DNA of 64,000 nt from sequence record NC_047880.1. One strand, 5' to 3'. Position numbers and translations under genes: made by a program. The notes under the pieces were generated by a model, which was given only the letters and a program-made list of their open reading frames with translations, was not told the DNA's origin and ran no database searches. Within the stretch, counting starts at the first letter, position 1, and each line of letters opens with the position of its first letter. Shown here piece after piece: positions 1-9,871 of this stretch.

Positions 1-104
1 CTTACCGTGAACCCCAAGTATTGTCTGTGCCAAATGGCCGTACTTTGATCGCGGTTTCTGTGGGCTTCCCCTTCATTGTTGACCCAGCACTGCCCCGTAT
101 GGAT

Positions 105-113
105 CTGTAAATA
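105..113 (+). promoter_or_regulatory. CTGTAAATA motif (putative phage-sigma-dependent middle/late promoter)
   Basis: Motif recurs about 14 times at gene junctions, oriented towards the downstream gene. Confidence 0.5.
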
Positions 114-129
114 ACCATACTAGGTACTC

Positions 130-816
130 TTGGGAAAATCTGTAATGGCGAAGCTAAAGAAAGAACGAAAAGCTGAGACTAAAAAAGTCGCTGCGAAGAA
201 AACAAATAAACGGAAAGCAATTCCAGTAACAGTAATTGCAGATACGCGCCCTATCATCGTATGCCCTGAACTCGAAGAGACTGCACAGCCTTTCCGATTC
301 AGAGGCCAATGTCCGATGGTCACTTGTCAGTATTGCACAAGAGAGACTACGACAGGCTGCATGGCTCTTGACAGAAAAGAATCCGCTGATCGTTCTATCT
401 CTAACAGGGAGATTGCTTATTACAAGCGTGGCCTCTTTCCTGAACTTAAAGAAATGGACCAAAAGCAATTGGACACGACAGTCCGTCGCGCACAAGCTCG
501 TACCCGTACTGCTCTCTGTCTTAATATGTACATTGCTTCCATTGATGATTCTGATTGCGACCGTACTTTCTCCTTTGTAGAAGGCCGCTCACGAATCGTT
601 GATCAGGTTCATAACTATCTGGTTCAAACATTTACTGACTACCGACCGTGGATGCTCGCGTATCTCGATGATGAAGAACGCTTCAACACGTCAGTGGGCA
701 AAGTAACCAATTCCGAATTCAATTTAGGTTACGCACTGCGCTTAACGCCTCGTAAGTATCAGACGTTCTGCCAGTCGCTGAAAGACCTCAAACAATCTGG
801 AGAAAGACATGAGTAA
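130..816 (+). CDS. hypothetical protein (alternative ATG start at 145)
   Basis: 228-aa ORF, overlaps next start (ATGAGTAA); no recognised family. Confidence 0.7.
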   Translation: MGKSVMAKLKKERKAETKKVAAKKTNKRKAIPVTVIADTRPIIVCPELEETAQPFRFRGQCPMVTCQYCTRETTTGCMALDRKESADRSISNREIAYYKRGLFPELKEMDQKQLDTTVRRAQARTRTALCLNMYIASIDDSDCDRTFSFVEGRSRIVDQVHNYLVQTFTDYRPWMLAYLDDEERFNTSVGKVTNSEFNLGYALRLTPRKYQTFCQSLKDLKQSGERHE

Positions 817-2575
817 CTTTATTTCGTTGGATCAGTATCGTGCTATCATCCAACGCAACATTCTCGTCGAGCCTGCAATGCTTGTCTCGAACCAAACGCA
901 GCCACTGGGTTCTATCACCTTCCAGTGTCCTGGCGACAACTTCCAGATGCGGGATATCACAATCCCTGCTTCGCGTAACGCAGTCGACCTGACTCAATAT
1001 GCACCTCTGGAAAATTTACTTGCGTGTTCTCAACTGAAATCTCTAATTCAGTTGCAGCGCATCGCGTTGTTGAATCCGGAAGACATGCCAACTCCTGGTG
1101 AAGGTATTCAGAAGCCTACGCTTTCTGTTGAACCTGTTGCTGGCGCTATGTCAGTTGATGGCCAGACTATCCCGAATGCAACGATCATCGTTGAGCAGAA
1201 CGGAAACGTTTGGACTGGTACTTCGAACGGTGCTGGTGTATTCACTGTTGACGTTAGCGGACTTGAAGAAGGTTCGTTCTCAATCACAGTGACCGCAGAA
1301 GGCTTCACGCCAGCTCGCTTCACTTACGAAGCAGGTGAACAGCCTCTTCAACCGTACCCAGTTCCTACTGCGACTGCTGTGTTTAAAGAAACCACAGTCA
1401 ACGGTACGACTGTTCCTCTTGCGAACATTGTCGTTGCGTTCGACACTAAATCGTTTACCGGTCAAGCAGATGATCAAGGCGTGTTCGCCATTGATGTTGA
1501 CCCAATTCCGTTTGATGCAATCAGCCTGCACTTCGAAGCTGAGGGCTATTTGGAATACAACACAACGATCAACGCTGCAAGCATTCCTGGTATCGCGTCT
1601 GTTACTGCGCTGAACTTCCTGACAACTAGCGTTGCAGGTACTGCGAGTCCGAACGCAGAAGTTGAGATCTTGATTGATGGCCAGCCGAACGTGTTTGCTA
1701 CTGCAAGCCCGACTGGTGCATGGTCTGCTACAGTGTTGCCTGTTAAAGGCACTGTGCTTGCGCGTAGTCTTGAAGTTGATGGCTATGATGAAGCAACGGC
1801 AACTGCCGTACCTTCTAAATTGAACTTCGGTGACGTTGTTGTTGATGACGCTGATCAATTCGGTGAGAACCGTACAACTGTGACTGGTACAATCGCAGGC
1901 TTGAGCCCTGATGCTACCGACATTGCTGTGACAGTTACTGTTCAGGCGGGTGTCTACGAAGGGACTGTTGACCTTGCTGCTGGCACGTTCAACATTACAG
2001 GCGTTGATGCTAAAGCGGGTGTTGGTTCTACTGGCGTTGTCGATGTTACTTCCGCATTCTACGAAGACGGCTCTGCTGCGTTCACGATTCTGGAAGAGTT
2101 CGCTGCGCCTACGCTGCAACAAGCTGTTGATGGTCAAACTGCTGTTGTCGGCGACACTGCTGCTTCAACCACAGTTAAAGTCACAATGAACGGCGAAACC
2201 AAAACTGCATCTTCTAATCCGCAAGGTGCGTTCTCTGTTGATGGCTTCACTAACGTTGTTCCTGGTGAAATCACAATCGAGTTGTCTCGCGCTCAGTACC
2301 TGACTGCGACGTTCAAACCTGTGCTGGCTGTTCAAGCGTTTGCTGAACTCGATGCAGACCTGAAAGAAGCTGACACAACTGTTGCAGGTCACGCAACTCC
2401 TGGCTCTACTGTTTCTGTTGTACAAGACGCAATCACTGGCGATGCAGTTGCTCAGCCAGACGGTTCGTTCTCTATCACGCTGTCTGGTCCACTGGTTGCT
2501 GGTCAAGCACAATTATCTGTGCAGCACGCCAACTATGTAACGTATTCGTCTGCGCTTCCTGTAGACGCTGCTTAA
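809..2575 (+). CDS. Ig-like domain repeat protein, probable virion surface/decoration protein
   Basis: 588 aa, beta-rich, repeated V-x-G-T-x-x-P-x-A/S-x-V units (TVNGTTVPLA, SVAGTASPNAEV, TVAGHATPGSTV); high-expression codon style. Confidence 0.65.
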   Translation: MSNFISLDQYRAIIQRNILVEPAMLVSNQTQPLGSITFQCPGDNFQMRDITIPASRNAVDLTQYAPLENLLACSQLKSLIQLQRIALLNPEDMPTPGEGIQKPTLSVEPVAGAMSVDGQTIPNATIIVEQNGNVWTGTSNGAGVFTVDVSGLEEGSFSITVTAEGFTPARFTYEAGEQPLQPYPVPTATAVFKETTVNGTTVPLANIVVAFDTKSFTGQADDQGVFAIDVDPIPFDAISLHFEAEGYLEYNTTINAASIPGIASVTALNFLTTSVAGTASPNAEVEILIDGQPNVFATASPTGAWSATVLPVKGTVLARSLEVDGYDEATATAVPSKLNFGDVVVDDADQFGENRTTVTGTIAGLSPDATDIAVTVTVQAGVYEGTVDLAAGTFNITGVDAKAGVGSTGVVDVTSAFYEDGSAAFTILEEFAAPTLQQAVDGQTAVVGDTAASTTVKVTMNGETKTASSNPQGAFSVDGFTNVVPGEITIELSRAQYLTATFKPVLAVQAFAELDADLKEADTTVAGHATPGSTVSVVQDAITGDAVAQPDGSFSITLSGPLVAGQAQLSVQHANYVTYSSALPVDAA

Positions 2576-2588
2576 TCCTATTTACTCG

Positions 2589-2604
2589 AGGGGCTTCGGC
2601 CCCT
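2589..2604 (+). terminator. hairpin after Ig-like gene (terminator or processing stem)
   Basis: AGGGGC-TTCG-GCCCTT with UUCG loop; no long U tract. Confidence 0.45.
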
Positions 2605-2631
2605 TAACAAAACAATTCACGGAGACATACA

Positions 2632-3291
2632 ATGTCAAACACTAAAACTAGCCACGTTAAGCCGATTACTCTGAACACGTACAACGACCGCTACGGCGAC
2701 AACTCTGTTGCTCCGATGTATGTTGTTAACCGTACCGAACCTCGTGGTAACGTTGCATTCACTGCGCAAAACGACATGGGTCAGCCTGTTGCTGTCGTTG
2801 TTCCAGCCACTTTCATCCCGATCGATCTGACTACTCAGGCAACTAAAGAAAGCCTGCTGAAATCTACTCACTTCCGTCGTGCGTTGAACATGGGTCAGTT
2901 GGTTATCATCGAAACTGACAGCGCCGAGTCGTATCTGCAAAACAACAAACTCGCTCAGTCCGAACTGCGCAAGCTGAACAAAATGGGTCATCAGCTGGAC
3001 GTTGACCTGTCTCGCGGCGATAACGAAGAACTGGAAGATATCGATCTGGGTGCGGGTTCTAAGAAACGCGCAATCGTATTCGAAGGTGATAACGTCAGCT
3101 CCAACAACTTCGTCAATGCGTTTATCCAACGCGCCGCTGAAAACAGCGAAGAGTCTGACGACAACTTAGAGCGCGAATTCCTGACTAAAGGTCTGGAACT
3201 GCCTCGCTCTGAACTCGAACTGCTGCGCAAGTACATCACGCGCCCAGCTATCGTTGAACTGATCGTACAAGCACTCGACGACGCACAGTAA
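2632..3291 (+). CDS. hypothetical protein, possibly structural
   Basis: 219 aa, GGAG RBS, high-expression codon style. Confidence 0.75.
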   Translation: MSNTKTSHVKPITLNTYNDRYGDNSVAPMYVVNRTEPRGNVAFTAQNDMGQPVAVVVPATFIPIDLTTQATKESLLKSTHFRRALNMGQLVIIETDSAESYLQNNKLAQSELRKLNKMGHQLDVDLSRGDNEELEDIDLGAGSKKRAIVFEGDNVSSNNFVNAFIQRAAENSEESDDNLEREFLTKGLELPRSELELLRKYITRPAIVELIVQALDDAQ

Positions 3292-3307
3292 TTCTCGGCG
3301 TTTAGAC

Positions 3308-3344
3308 AAAAAAATGGGAGGCCCCGAAAGGAGTCTCCCATTTT
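3308..3344. terminator. bidirectional rho-independent terminator
   Basis: A7-TGGGAGGC..GAAA..GTCTCCCA-TTTT between convergent genes. Confidence 0.8.
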
Positions 3345-3345
3345 A

Positions 3346-4437
3346 CTATGCCGCTGCTTTTTGTCTACTTGACTTCTTTACTACAGGCGGTGGCAACTGA
3401 CATTGCCTACTCCAGCCTAACTTCTTAGCCGGTATAAGTGCTTTCTTACCGTGCTTATCTTTCAACGTCAATCGAACTTCACGAATGATTTCTTTTGGTG
3501 CGTTGTCAGGGTCCATCTTAATCACGTTACCTTCTTTGTCTTTATCACGCGGAAGTTTGAAGTGACGTACGGGAACAGGTGAGCCAGAATTTTCAAACTC
3601 ATACTTGATCTTGTCACGCAACAACTTACCACCGCCGTCGTTATCAGTCATCGTATAAACAACACTGATACCGAGCATCTCAATCGTTCTGCGTTTAGTC
3701 ACACCGAACTGCTCTGCGCCTAACACAGCGATTGCTGGAATGCCTTGTGATAATAACGCAAGCGCATCACGAGGACCTTCAACAAGAACAACGTAACGAA
3801 GATCATAACCTTTGATGCAGTCTTTCACTAACTGCAACGGGAACAGACCTTTCTCTTTCGCCCAATCACCTTGCGAGTTCACATAGCTTGTGCCGTTCAT
3901 TTGCTTACGCAGATACGCAGCGACACCACCTATGTATTTCGTTCCATGCTTACACGGGAAGAAACAAACGTTACTACCTGTTCGCTGTGCATTCAATAAA
4001 CCACCAGCAGCACGAACAAGCGATCCCGGATATGTACGCCACTCAACATCTAGAGGCCATTCCATATAACTGTTTCTGCCTAACGCTTTCATCAATGAAG
4101 CGACAGAAGCATAGGTACCAATCTTCGAACCGAGCTTCTCGTATGTTTTAAGCAATGCACTGAGACTGTTCGACCCAGCATCTTTCAATGCCCAGCCTTT
4201 TATCTCTTGAAGCCCACACTGCTTCGCTAAATCATTCCACCCGCCTTTTGCACCACAACCGAAGCAGTGAAAGAAGCCTAATGGAATCTCCATCCCTACA
4301 GAAGTGTAAATACCACAACTAGGGGACTTATCGCTGTGGAACGGACAGCATACCATAACAGTATCTCCCGCAAACTTTCTGTCTCCGGGAATCTTTGCTA
4401 TCTCGTCCATTATTACCTGATGAACGTCATCTGCCAT
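3346..4437 (-). CDS. dnaG: DNA primase (CHC2 zinc finger + TOPRIM)
   Basis: CPFHSDKSPS...FHCFGCG zinc-binding domain; TOPRIM VLVEGPRDA...TDNDGGG; no helicase domain. Confidence 0.9.
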   Translation of the reverse strand: MADDVHQVIMDEIAKIPGDRKFAGDTVMVCCPFHSDKSPSCGIYTSVGMEIPLGFFHCFGCGAKGGWNDLAKQCGLQEIKGWALKDAGSNSLSALLKTYEKLGSKIGTYASVASLMKALGRNSYMEWPLDVEWRTYPGSLVRAAGGLLNAQRTGSNVCFFPCKHGTKYIGGVAAYLRKQMNGTSYVNSQGDWAKEKGLFPLQLVKDCIKGYDLRYVVLVEGPRDALALLSQGIPAIAVLGAEQFGVTKRRTIEMLGISVVYTMTDNDGGGKLLRDKIKYEFENSGSPVPVRHFKLPRDKDKEGNVIKMDPDNAPKEIIREVRLTLKDKHGKKALIPAKKLGWSRQCQLPPPVVKKSSRQKAAA

Positions 4438-4478
4438 ACCTTACCTGCCTTCTTTCGTAATTTCATAGCATATAAGCG

Positions 4479-4487
4479 TATTTACAG
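4479..4487 (-). promoter_or_regulatory. CTGTAAATA motif upstream of primase
   Basis: TATTTACAG on + strand, oriented towards the only - strand gene. Confidence 0.55.
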
Positions 4488-4502
4488 ATAAAGGAAAAGA
4501 CA

Positions 4503-4844
4503 ATGGTTAATGCGCATCGTTACGTGCATACAGCGGTACGTCGCTTCTATGCACCACATTGGATTCAATTTTGTGATCAGATTAAAGTAAGCCCGCAGAC
4601 GCATGGTGCATTCGACAAGCAAGACAACATGCTTGGTCTGCAACTGCCTCGTAACTTGTTTGACCAACGTATCGATCAGATGGTGCGTCCGCTCAAGCTG
4701 GTTTATTCTGTTAAGGAAAATGAAGTAGAGTCTCGCTGCTATCTGTTCGGCGTTCGCTATTACGTTTTTGTTTTCTTCGAAGAAGTTATCGCTGTCAGTG
4801 AGGACACATATGAGAACGTTCGCAGCCGTACCCAGCAGGGCTAA
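4503..4844 (+). CDS. hypothetical protein
   Basis: 113 aa, AAGGA RBS. Confidence 0.65.
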   Translation: MVNAHRYVHTAVRRFYAPHWIQFCDQIKVSPQTHGAFDKQDNMLGLQLPRNLFDQRIDQMVRPLKLVYSVKENEVESRCYLFGVRYYVFVFFEEVIAVSEDTYENVRSRTQQG

Positions 4845-5895
4845 TGATACTCGTGTGTTGTCACGTATCGGCAAGATGGTTGATGCAGCACTCGACGTAA
4901 AGATTCAAGAGCGACGCTGGCCAAAGAAGCGCGTTAGTCCTTCTATGTTTCCTATCTGTGCGATACAGGAATATGCAAAGCTCCTGTATCAGAAACACAA
5001 CAACGCTGTTACTGGCGAGTCAGGTACGCTGCTGAATATCTTTGCGAAAGCAGGTACGGGGATGCACGAAGCTGTGCAGAATGCTCTCGGCAATAGCGGT
5101 CAGATGGTCGGTCACTGGAAATGTAGAAACGAGAAGTGTCCAGAACACGCGAAGACCAAAGGTAAAATGGTTGATGGTAAGTACAAGAAGGGCAAGTATA
5201 CGCGCACTCGTAGCACGAATAATATTTGTCCCTGTTGCCAACAACCGATGGCTTATGCAGAACTCAAAGTCCTGTACAAGTCGCTCAAAGGTTATGTCGA
5301 TGGCCTTATTGATAATCTCGACGGCACGTATAGCCTGATAGATTTGAAATCAACGACAATCAAGAAAGCTGGTGACGGTACCTTCTTCGTGAAGTATCAC
5401 CGTTTCCAGATCGCAACGTATGCTTACCTGCTGAAAAAGCGCTACGGATATAACATCGTCGATTACACATTGATTTATGTACCTCGCGATAACCCGAAGA
5501 ACTTTGTTGAGAAGACTTTCCTTTTCGATGAAGCTGAATCAAAGCGCACTAAAGATTTTATGATGGAGCAAATTAACGCATGGGACGCGGCTGTTACTTC
5601 TGCTGCTAAGTCAGATCCACTTGCAGCGATGAAGCGCAAGCCTTGCAAAAGTCCTGAGTATTACTGGGACGAGTTCCACGGTTACGATGTATGCCCCTTT
5701 GTTGATTACTGTTTCATACAGTCACACCTGATCGAGTTCCTCGCAAAACTGGAACAACGAATCATGGCTAACCCCGATCTGTCTTATACGGAGATTATCA
5801 AGACAAGTCGGAAAACTCAACAACAAGGATTGATGCAGGACAAAGCGAAGAAGTCGCAACGTCCCGCAGTGATCGTAAAACAATTTGAACTATGA
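4810..5895 (+). CDS. Cas4/RecB-like PD-(D/E)XK exonuclease, solo, with predicted Fe-S cysteines
   Basis: SPSMFPIC; GTGMHE; GYVDGLID..LIDLKST; HRFQIATY (QxxxY); C-terminal C..CPFVDYC; start moved to ATG 4810 after AGGA. Confidence 0.8.
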   Translation: MRTFAAVPSRANDTRVLSRIGKMVDAALDVKIQERRWPKKRVSPSMFPICAIQEYAKLLYQKHNNAVTGESGTLLNIFAKAGTGMHEAVQNALGNSGQMVGHWKCRNEKCPEHAKTKGKMVDGKYKKGKYTRTRSTNNICPCCQQPMAYAELKVLYKSLKGYVDGLIDNLDGTYSLIDLKSTTIKKAGDGTFFVKYHRFQIATYAYLLKKRYGYNIVDYTLIYVPRDNPKNFVEKTFLFDEAESKRTKDFMMEQINAWDAAVTSAAKSDPLAAMKRKPCKSPEYYWDEFHGYDVCPFVDYCFIQSHLIEFLAKLEQRIMANPDLSYTEIIKTSRKTQQQGLMQDKAKKSQRPAVIVKQFEL

Positions 5896-6302
5896 GCATA
5901 CAAAAAGACTACGAACGATCAAAGCGTAGGCTTATGACTGCTGTTCATCGAATGGAAGAACTAGGATATGTGGTGCCACGATGCGTCGATGTTATTGTCG
6001 ATAAAATCTTGCCACCACAGCAAGTAGTGTCACGAAAATATTTAGTGATGCTCATGCTGTTCAGCCAGACGTGCGAGACACTAGGTTACACTCTGACTAC
6101 GCGAGAGCAACTGGTTGTTAAGCTGACACTGTTAAGCCGCAAACACCCTACACCAGAGATACAGCGACGTATTGAGAAGCTCGATGCTCTGGTTATATCG
6201 CATGACAGGAATATCGAAAGCCAGAGATTGTTGCTTGACTATCGCAGTGCAATCCTGATTGAAATTCTTGAAGGGCGAGAACCAAATTCACGATATACCT
6301 GA
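5892..6302 (+). CDS. hypothetical protein
   Basis: 136 aa, ATGA overlap with upstream stop. Confidence 0.65.
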   Translation: MSIQKDYERSKRRLMTAVHRMEELGYVVPRCVDVIVDKILPPQQVVSRKYLVMLMLFSQTCETLGYTLTTREQLVVKLTLLSRKHPTPEIQRRIEKLDALVISHDRNIESQRLLLDYRSAILIEILEGREPNSRYT

Positions 6303-6310
6303 GGTGCAAC

Positions 6311-6817
6311 ATGATTGTATTTATTAGTCTGAGTCAAACGACTTCTGACAAGAATCGAGACAAACCGACTAGCCCTGAATCAAACACGGGCCGTGTCGAT
6401 ATCTCCGAGTACGCTAGTCTGGAGAAGAAAATCCGTCTGACTGATGAAGCTAAGGACAAAGAGAAGTTAGCTCAACAGGCTGGTGGCGGGGATTCTGTAA
6501 AGGGTAAGAAAGACGCTAAAAAAGGCGATACTTCTAAACCCAAAGAAGATGACGCAGACGCGGATGCTGGTGACGACGATGAAGGCGGGGATGACCCGGA
6601 CTTTGGCTTCGGAGGTGGTGACGATGATGCAGATGATTCTTCCGATGATAGTGGAGACGACTCCGATGGAGCAGACGATTCTACCAAAGGCAAGAAAGGA
6701 AAGAAAGCCGGAAAATCCAAAGCTGACGAAGCTGACGATGCAGAACCCGCAAGTGACGACGGGGATGACGATGCTGAAAGCTCTGATGATGAGGAGCTCG
6801 ATGACGGAGACGTGTGA
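6311..6817 (+). CDS. acidic low-complexity hypothetical protein
   Basis: 168 aa, GAGG RBS, N-terminal MIVFISLS, D-rich C-terminal half. Confidence 0.7.
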   Translation: MIVFISLSQTTSDKNRDKPTSPESNTGRVDISEYASLEKKIRLTDEAKDKEKLAQQAGGGDSVKGKKDAKKGDTSKPKEDDADADAGDDDEGGDDPDFGFGGGDDDADDSSDDSGDDSDGADDSTKGKKGKKAGKSKADEADDAEPASDDGDDDAESSDDEELDDGDV

Positions 6818-7331
6818 CGTTGAAAAGTCATACGAGTCCATGCGTGATATCTTGATCGCACTTCGTTATATGTGCACCAAGCGCATGGCATTTCCAATCG
6901 TTACTGCAAATATCGAGCAGAACAACGAGTATCTGGTTATGACACGGATGGGCTTCCAAGTGAAGCCGTCCAACTTCTTTTCTGCTGTGACTGATAACAA
7001 TGGTCGTGTGAACTGTGAATGGTTGTTGAAAGCATTCACGCGCATTGCTATCTACTTTGATCTGAAACCGATCATCGTTGAAAAGAACAATCAGTATCAA
7101 CCGCTGTCTACACGGTATTTCTCCAGAGAGGCTTCTGAGTTTGCGTACAGCCGACATTACGATGTACGTGCTATGCCGCAAGTTGATTCAATCAGAAAAC
7201 CTCGTGTGTATACGCTTCAAGGAGTTAACTATAATGGCGTACAAGTCGCTGGCCAAGAAACCCAAGAAGAGCGCCGCTGCGAAGCAAGCCGAGACTCGGG
7301 AGAAAGCGCACAAGCAAGCGAAACGCGGTAA
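6801..7331 (+). CDS. hypothetical protein
   Basis: ATG 6801 after GAGGAG within ORF 6549..7331; overlaps next gene by about 100 nt. Confidence 0.55.
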   Translation: MTETCDVEKSYESMRDILIALRYMCTKRMAFPIVTANIEQNNEYLVMTRMGFQVKPSNFFSAVTDNNGRVNCEWLLKAFTRIAIYFDLKPIIVEKNNQYQPLSTRYFSREASEFAYSRHYDVRAMPQVDSIRKPRVYTLQGVNYNGVQVAGQETQEERRCEASRDSGESAQASETR

Positions 7332-7890
7332 GCTGGGAAAAGCAGTGAAGACTTTATCTGCTGCTTCTGCTAAGTCTCGTCGTATGACCAAAGGCGAGAA
7401 ACGTGCAATCATGGTTACGCCGTTCAAACCACAGATTGTGCCTCAGCCTCCAACAACTCCGCTGATGCTGAAAGGTCTGTCACTCAACATGCTGATGAAG
7501 TCAACGCCTCGTCTCATGAAAGAGAACTCAACCGAGTGTTACGTTAGTCGTTACAAGATGGGTAAGACAAAGAAAGGTCTGCCTGTCGTTACTGCAAACG
7601 TAAAACACAAAGACCCGATGCGTCCGAACAAGACTGTTCGTATTCATAAGCCGATGATCATTGGTCTTGATGATCCGTTCAAACCGATTCACAAACAAAA
7701 GCGTGTGATGTGTAGCTGCCCGTGTGAGAACTATGTTTTCATGTGGGAGTATGCGAACACTGAACACGGTGCTGCGCGAATCATTTACGGTAACGGCGAA
7801 CCACCGAACTTTACTAACCCAGGTTCTGCACCGGGATTGTGCAAACACTTAATGGCTTTGGCCACACTGGTCAAGCGTAACGGAGATTGA
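7234..7890 (+). CDS. SWIM-type zinc finger protein with Lys-rich N-terminus
   Basis: CSCPC...GLCKHL motif; ATG 7234 after GGAG. Confidence 0.7.
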   Translation: MAYKSLAKKPKKSAAAKQAETREKAHKQAKRGKLGKAVKTLSAASAKSRRMTKGEKRAIMVTPFKPQIVPQPPTTPLMLKGLSLNMLMKSTPRLMKENSTECYVSRYKMGKTKKGLPVVTANVKHKDPMRPNKTVRIHKPMIIGLDDPFKPIHKQKRVMCSCPCENYVFMWEYANTEHGAARIIYGNGEPPNFTNPGSAPGLCKHLMALATLVKRNGD

Positions 7891-7893
7891 TAG

Positions 7894-8118
7894 ATGTTCT
7901 TCAAAAATCCTGTTGGCGGCATTGTGCCGAACTTCCCTGTTCAGTTATCAATTGTTCAGATGCACCGCGAAGTCGCAGAACTGCATGGCGAGCTGAAAGC
8001 TGCTGGTTGTGAGATCGTTCAGCACTGCGGTGACATTGAAATCAAAGTTCCTGCCGGCATTGATATCCAGACTATTATGGATAAGCACATGCACATGTTT
8101 AATAAAGGTGCTCAATGA
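7894..8118 (+). CDS. hypothetical protein
   Basis: 74 aa, tightly packed in + strand run. Confidence 0.6.
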   Translation: MFFKNPVGGIVPNFPVQLSIVQMHREVAELHGELKAAGCEIVQHCGDIEIKVPAGIDIQTIMDKHMHMFNKGAQ

Positions 8119-8450
8119 AAAACTTGAAAATCTTTCTTGGCGGTCATCCTCTCGATTGTACGCAGGCTGCACTTCAACCTGTGTCTGTCAAGAGCGAGTT
8201 CGATACTAATGAAGGTATCATGTCAATGTTTAAACGTTGGCAAGAACTCGTTGCAGAACCGACACCAACGCCTCCGCCGATGTGTGCTCCTGTTCCTGAG
8301 TACATGCGTCAAGTGTTTCGTGATCAGGGTTTCTCTGAGGAACGCATTGATCGCATCGTTATCACAGGCTTCGAACCTGAATTGAATCTGAATTGTCTCG
8401 AAGACAAGACAGTGCAAACAGTTCAGATTACGTGGGCTGATGGCTTGTAG
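8115..8450 (+). CDS. hypothetical protein
   Basis: 111 aa, ATGA overlap, AAGG RBS. Confidence 0.6.
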   Translation: MKNLKIFLGGHPLDCTQAALQPVSVKSEFDTNEGIMSMFKRWQELVAEPTPTPPPMCAPVPEYMRQVFRDQGFSEERIDRIVITGFEPELNLNCLEDKTVQTVQITWADGL

Positions 8451-8658
8451 TGGTTGTGGTCGTCGTAGCACACGCATTAGTTACGGCAGACAGTCAGTTC
8501 CTCAAGAGCTAGTTCCTATTGAGGACGATACGTTAAGCGCCGCGCGTTTGACACCTCACGGTTGGGTACGAACCTGCATCAAGTGCGGTAAAGTATCTGA
8601 CCCTTCTCCCTTTGCAGAACATATCAACCAGACTTGTGACTGCAAAGCTGACGAGTAA
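8440..8658 (+). CDS. small Cys-rich (zinc-ribbon-like) protein
   Basis: CSGC, CIKC and CDC motifs in 72 aa. Confidence 0.55.
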   Translation: MACSGCGRRSTRISYGRQSVPQELVPIEDDTLSAARLTPHGWVRTCIKCGKVSDPSPFAEHINQTCDCKADE

Positions 8659-8663
8659 CTAAA

Positions 8664-9347
8664 ATGGAACAACTTGCTTCTTATGCTTCTGATCTGGACA
8701 ACATTCGTTTCTATGCTCAGAACATGTTGAACGTCCAATTCGGTTCTCCTTTGCAACTGTGTCCGTATACGCATCGCGTGTATATCAGGCACGGGAGTCT
8801 TCAACGACTGATTGCAACTATCGAGCGTGATTTTGATAACGCAATCAGTCGTGGTGATCTTGCTTTCCCGTCTGAACCTCTTATCTATAAGTTCCGCGCT
8901 GCGCTTGATCGCTACAGAACCTCGTACTTTTACACGCAATTACAACCATGTTTGCCTAGCTTGGGTTACGATCTGAAAGTTCCTGAGCGTGGTAATAAAT
9001 CTGCGCGTGAGTTTGCTTGTTTCTTCTTGGACTACGCGGCCGAGCAGGTAAGGAGTTTCATTTATCTTCTTTCTATCGAGTGCTACGCAAAGCAGACGGA
9101 CGATAGTGTCTTACCTCTATGTCCGCAGCGCTTCGAAGTTCCTCATGTGTTTGATTGTCTGCAAATGCAAGATGCTCACGCTAACGTTGCGCGTTCCATG
9201 CTGGAAGCTCTGTTGCTGTCTTATCGCGATGGGGAAAACTCTCATAATCCTATTCTACGTGAATACGGCAGAGATGTTATTCTGCCTCTCGTAGCAGAAG
9301 CCCGCAATGTTATTTATGCGGCATACCCAGAAGTGCGAGGCGAATAA
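8664..9347 (+). CDS. hypothetical protein
   Basis: 227 aa, no recognised motif. Confidence 0.7.
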   Translation: MEQLASYASDLDNIRFYAQNMLNVQFGSPLQLCPYTHRVYIRHGSLQRLIATIERDFDNAISRGDLAFPSEPLIYKFRAALDRYRTSYFYTQLQPCLPSLGYDLKVPERGNKSAREFACFFLDYAAEQVRSFIYLLSIECYAKQTDDSVLPLCPQRFEVPHVFDCLQMQDAHANVARSMLEALLLSYRDGENSHNPILREYGRDVILPLVAEARNVIYAAYPEVRGE

Positions 9348-9871
9348 TGCCAGACGTAATAGCGTTCGTAGATCAACAAAGCTGGGAAGATATTGGCACT
9401 GCTATGTACGAGGAGTACAAACTCAGCGTTACAACCACAGCAAGCCAAGCGATGCACATTCCTGTAGTCGCACCTAATGGTGATGTTAAACACGCGCTGA
9501 CCTATAAAGACACGAACATTTGGTCTGAGAAGGTTGTTCTTGACCTGTTGATCGAAGAGGCAGAAGTACCTAACGGTGTTGAGCCTTACTTCGATGCGAC
9601 TGGTCTTGAAGTTGCTGTGCGTCAGGTAGTAGCTCACTATCAGGCCGTTGCGAAAGATCTTGATTGTCATACTGTTGGTCGTTATCTGACAGAAGACAAC
9701 AAGATTCAAGGTGCGCTTGTGCGTGTATTCCGCAATGCAGATTTCGAGTGTAAAGGCCACCCAGAAATGTTGTTCGGATCTCCAATCGGAATGTTCCACT
9801 GCGACAAATGCGGAGAGATGCAAGTCGCGGGTTCATTCCATCTGGCTAAAGAGGAAACAGCTAATGGTTAA
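9347..9871 (+). CDS. hypothetical protein with C-terminal CxxC
   Basis: 174 aa, TAATG overlap, FHCDKCG. Confidence 0.7.
   Translation: MPDVIAFVDQQSWEDIGTAMYEEYKLSVTTTASQAMHIPVVAPNGDVKHALTYKDTNIWSEKVVLDLLIEEAEVPNGVEPYFDATGLEVAVRQVVAHYQAVAKDLDCHTVGRYLTEDNKIQGALVRVFRNADFECKGHPEMLFGSPIGMFHCDKCGEMQVAGSFHLAKEETANG

Noticed and set aside
1280-2137. Long - strand ORFs (also 61389..62222, 55811..56449, 44357..44914)
   Set aside because: Fully overlap well-supported + strand genes with biased codon use; no RBS or motifs
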